Below are positions 63,201-64,000 of a stretch of 64,000 nt of DNA, piece by piece. This stretch comes from Macrostomum hystrix (Eukaryota > Animalia > Platyhelminthes): the NCBI GenBank assembly GCA_950097015.1, contig CATNEN010000015.1, positions 372,001 through 436,000 of the forward strand. Reading direction: 5' to 3'. Position numbers and translations under genes: made by a program. Position 1 is the stretch's first letter; each line of letters opens with the position of its first letter. Under the pieces are notes generated by a model, which saw only the letters and a program-made list of their open reading frames with translations, was not told where the DNA came from and ran no database searches.

Positions 63201-64000
63201 ATGACGGCGTTTATGCCCCGGTAGATGGCACCGATGGTGCGGTCGTAAAGCTTCACAAGTGTTTCAAGGTTGTAAACCCCCAGTTCTTTCAGGAAGTTGG
63301 TTTTGTACTCTACTCGGCCACTGAGGCACGCCTTGCCTACTATAAAAGTCGGATGGAAGTTAATGGCGCCCAGGTGTCCTTGGACAGTAGCCAAACCAAT
63401 GCACTTCACTTCAAAGTGGCCGGCGGACAAAGCTAGAATGAGGCGACAGTTGCTGGGATGAAACTCTGAGGGAGATTTCTAAGTCTTTTATGTGGTGATG
63501 ACTCACAGGTCTTGAGAGTTGCTTCGCTTAATAAATTAGCTCTAATCGTAGCGCCAACTTTATGGTCGCCAAAAAGTTTACTCCACTGGACTTGGGGCAA
63601 GTTCAGCGGCCAGTTGATGCCTTTCCACATCTTCTCCAGAAAATACGGGGCGCTCCGCTTTGACATGAGATGAGCCAGACTGCTGTTGGCGGACATTCTA
63701 CAACGATGAGTCCGGTTGAAACAGCATGCTCAGAGCATGAAATAGCTGCTCGCATTAAAAATATAACTCGTATATATGCAGGGGCTGAGCGCAGCATTTA
63801 GCGACAGTCGACCCACAGCCAGGGTAAATTGATTAAGCATCTGAAATGTCTCCCCGCGAAGCGGGCCTATTTTAGGTCAGAGACCTTTCCGCGAGAGTAC
63901 CGTCGGCTCTAAAAAATACTCTGTGATTTTCAGCGCCTACCCTTTGTTGATTTCACGATTGAGAGCAGCAAAGTCTTTCGTTCTGGCCGGATGTGACTCG
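29852..64000 (-). CDS. Giant multi-exon type I membrane protein, 5' end outside the window; at least 58 exons and about 8,610 aa within the window
   Basis: Hand-spliced GT-AG exons with phases consistent throughout (5'->3'): 64000-63941, 63697-63507, 63432-62942, 62685-62472, 62396-62251, 62165-60935, 60852-60619, 60541-60375, 59839-59338, 59263-59134, 59002-58403, 58285-57963, 57853-57595, 57479-57169, 56592-56322, 56238-55946, 55902-55587, 55502-55348, 55274-55119, 54865-54604, 54483-54323, 54231-54094, 54001-53743, 53674-53514, 53431-53065, 52974-52811, 52729-51244, 51077-50914, 50830-49751, 49677-49327, 49251-49054, 48985-47918, 47842-47498, 47387-44662, 44588-44322, 43776-43574, 43477-43138, 43044-42756, 41656-41504, 41424-40551, 40461-39347, 39255-38920, 38823-37865, 37779-37626, 37519-37210, 37124-36861, 36771-36638, 36543-36007, 35939-35413, 35325-33666, 33496-33288, 33203-32852, 32758-32536, 32433-31940, 31895-31689, 31331-31018, 30858-30197, 30125-29852. 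Repeat and domain motifs run correctly across the junctions. Individual boundaries may be off by a few nt. Confidence 0.88.
30300..30555 (-). CDS. Giant protein: two juxtamembrane EGF-like repeats
   Basis: PCLNNGTC...C...CGCPAGWLGDRCE and DPCALLRCDPPLICSEGSGGSASCICPPGSKCE. Confidence 0.85.
31018..31760 (-). CDS. Giant protein: cadherin-like Ig-fold module
   Basis: Spliced NSAPVIQ...PEDAV|VEFKRQLVATDPEEDPIVWEL...GQASMSADGLLVYRP...LVVTD resembles the cadherin-like NxxP...ED...ATDxDxD signature. Confidence 0.7.
32430..43300 (-). CDS. Giant protein: about 15 FN3/Ig-like beta-sandwich modules, interrupted by a PAN domain and a non-FN3 insert
   Basis: Recurrent motifs D(T/L/N)TPP, V.DG, W.GF.DPES.I..Y.WA(I/V)GT and L..G..YY..V.A.N (e.g. 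IDLTPP, VDNTPP, VDRTPP, FDSTPP, IDDTPP, FDNNPP, IDTTPP). Confidence 0.8.
41320..41656 (-). CDS. Giant protein: PAN/apple-like domain split over a 153-nt exon (41656-41504) and the next exon
   Basis: Spliced ...SQMCAEDCVKQGDKCRAFNYH|FVNRLCELSHEMIGHRSRLSDSYGFAYYER fits the PAN pattern C..C....C..F.Y.....C.L......YY. The small exon is absent from the ORF track. Confidence 0.8.
41760..41802 (-). mobile_element. Second, headless copy of the SINE-like body seen at 21695-21738, inside an intron
   Basis: Reverse complement GTGGCATACCCCAGTCCACGGACTGAACAGCTGTACACAGCCT versus GTGGCGTCCCTCCAGTCCATGGACTGAACAGCCGTACGCAGCCT, 38/44 identical. Confidence 0.65.
45290..60852 (-). CDS. Giant protein: tandem array of 21 cysteine-patterned repeats (about 175-200 aa each)
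   Basis: Consensus L..RL......C...CP...P.LP...C.....C.G(I/V).CC..(L/V)D.....F..W..(V/L)DPC...F..GFE.W..N.(S/T)L..F.WG....E.IG..L.L.Y........F.......C....C.......LP(I/V)P.C..NG.L.WP. The CxxxxCC...(D/N/E)(P/A/T/V)C core was counted 21 times. Confidence 0.9.
59835..60384 (+). mobile_element. Retroposon-like insertion (520-bp core) flanked by a 15-bp target-site duplication; coincides exactly with the intron at 59840-60374
   Basis: AAGACCTGGATGCCA at 59835-59849 and 60370-60384. The plus-strand 3' end has the A-rich repeated tail AAATAATTAAGTAAAGTA. Confidence 0.8.
61490..61930 (-). CDS. Giant protein: LECT2-like M23/LytM zinc-binding domain
   Basis: GCGSDG...HPGVDLQVHPGQRIVVPILG (HxxxD, His at 61863-61865), GQLGFAANTG...NHIH (HxH at 61557-61565) and DASKYL. 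This parallels LECT2 GCG...HQGVD...APFTG...HVH...DPTAYL. Confidence 0.82.
61960..63432 (-). CDS. Giant protein: beta-strand-rich segment followed by long amphipathic-helical (apolipoprotein-like) region
   Basis: Heptad-like hydrophobic periodicity, e.g. LYDRTIGAIYRGINAVMDGFRELF and IAEGLIQIWKKIIRGLKEAFNGLVETWNALRTILESILG. Confidence 0.55.

Noticed and set aside
30152-63797. Numerous plus-strand and off-frame ORFs overlapping the giant gene
   Set aside because: Antisense or shadow frames of GC-rich coding exons with no independent motifs.

Overview
Eukaryotic (invertebrate animal) genomic DNA: short GT-AG introns, GC-rich codons and dense minisatellites. This composition resembles a flatworm such as Macrostomum, which is an inference only. 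The window has three compartments. (1) 1-27 kb is a mosaic of 14 different micro/minisatellite arrays (about half the bases) with tRNA-derived SINE-like fragments and one intronless minus-strand DEG/ENaC channel gene (12384-14720). (2) 27-29.8 kb is a spacer holding a frameshifted piggyBac transposase relic. (3) 29852 to >64000 is a single giant minus-strand gene, 5'-truncated by the window edge. I reconstructed it by hand into 58 phase-consistent exons (about 8,610 aa in the window). It encodes a type I membrane protein: beta-rich and amphipathic-helical N-terminal part, LECT2-like M23 (LytM) Zn domain, SAP/HeH-like motifs, 21 tandem copies of a ~175-200 aa cysteine-patterned domain I do not recognise, furin-type site RQKR, PAN/apple domain, about 15 FN3/Ig-like modules, second furin-type site RERR, cadherin-like module, 2 EGF-like repeats, TM helix and short tail. 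Top observations are this receptor-like architecture and a 535-nt intron that is exactly a retroposon-like insertion flanked by a 15-bp target-site duplication supplying both splice sites. All gene models are by-eye and unverified by transcripts or database searches.
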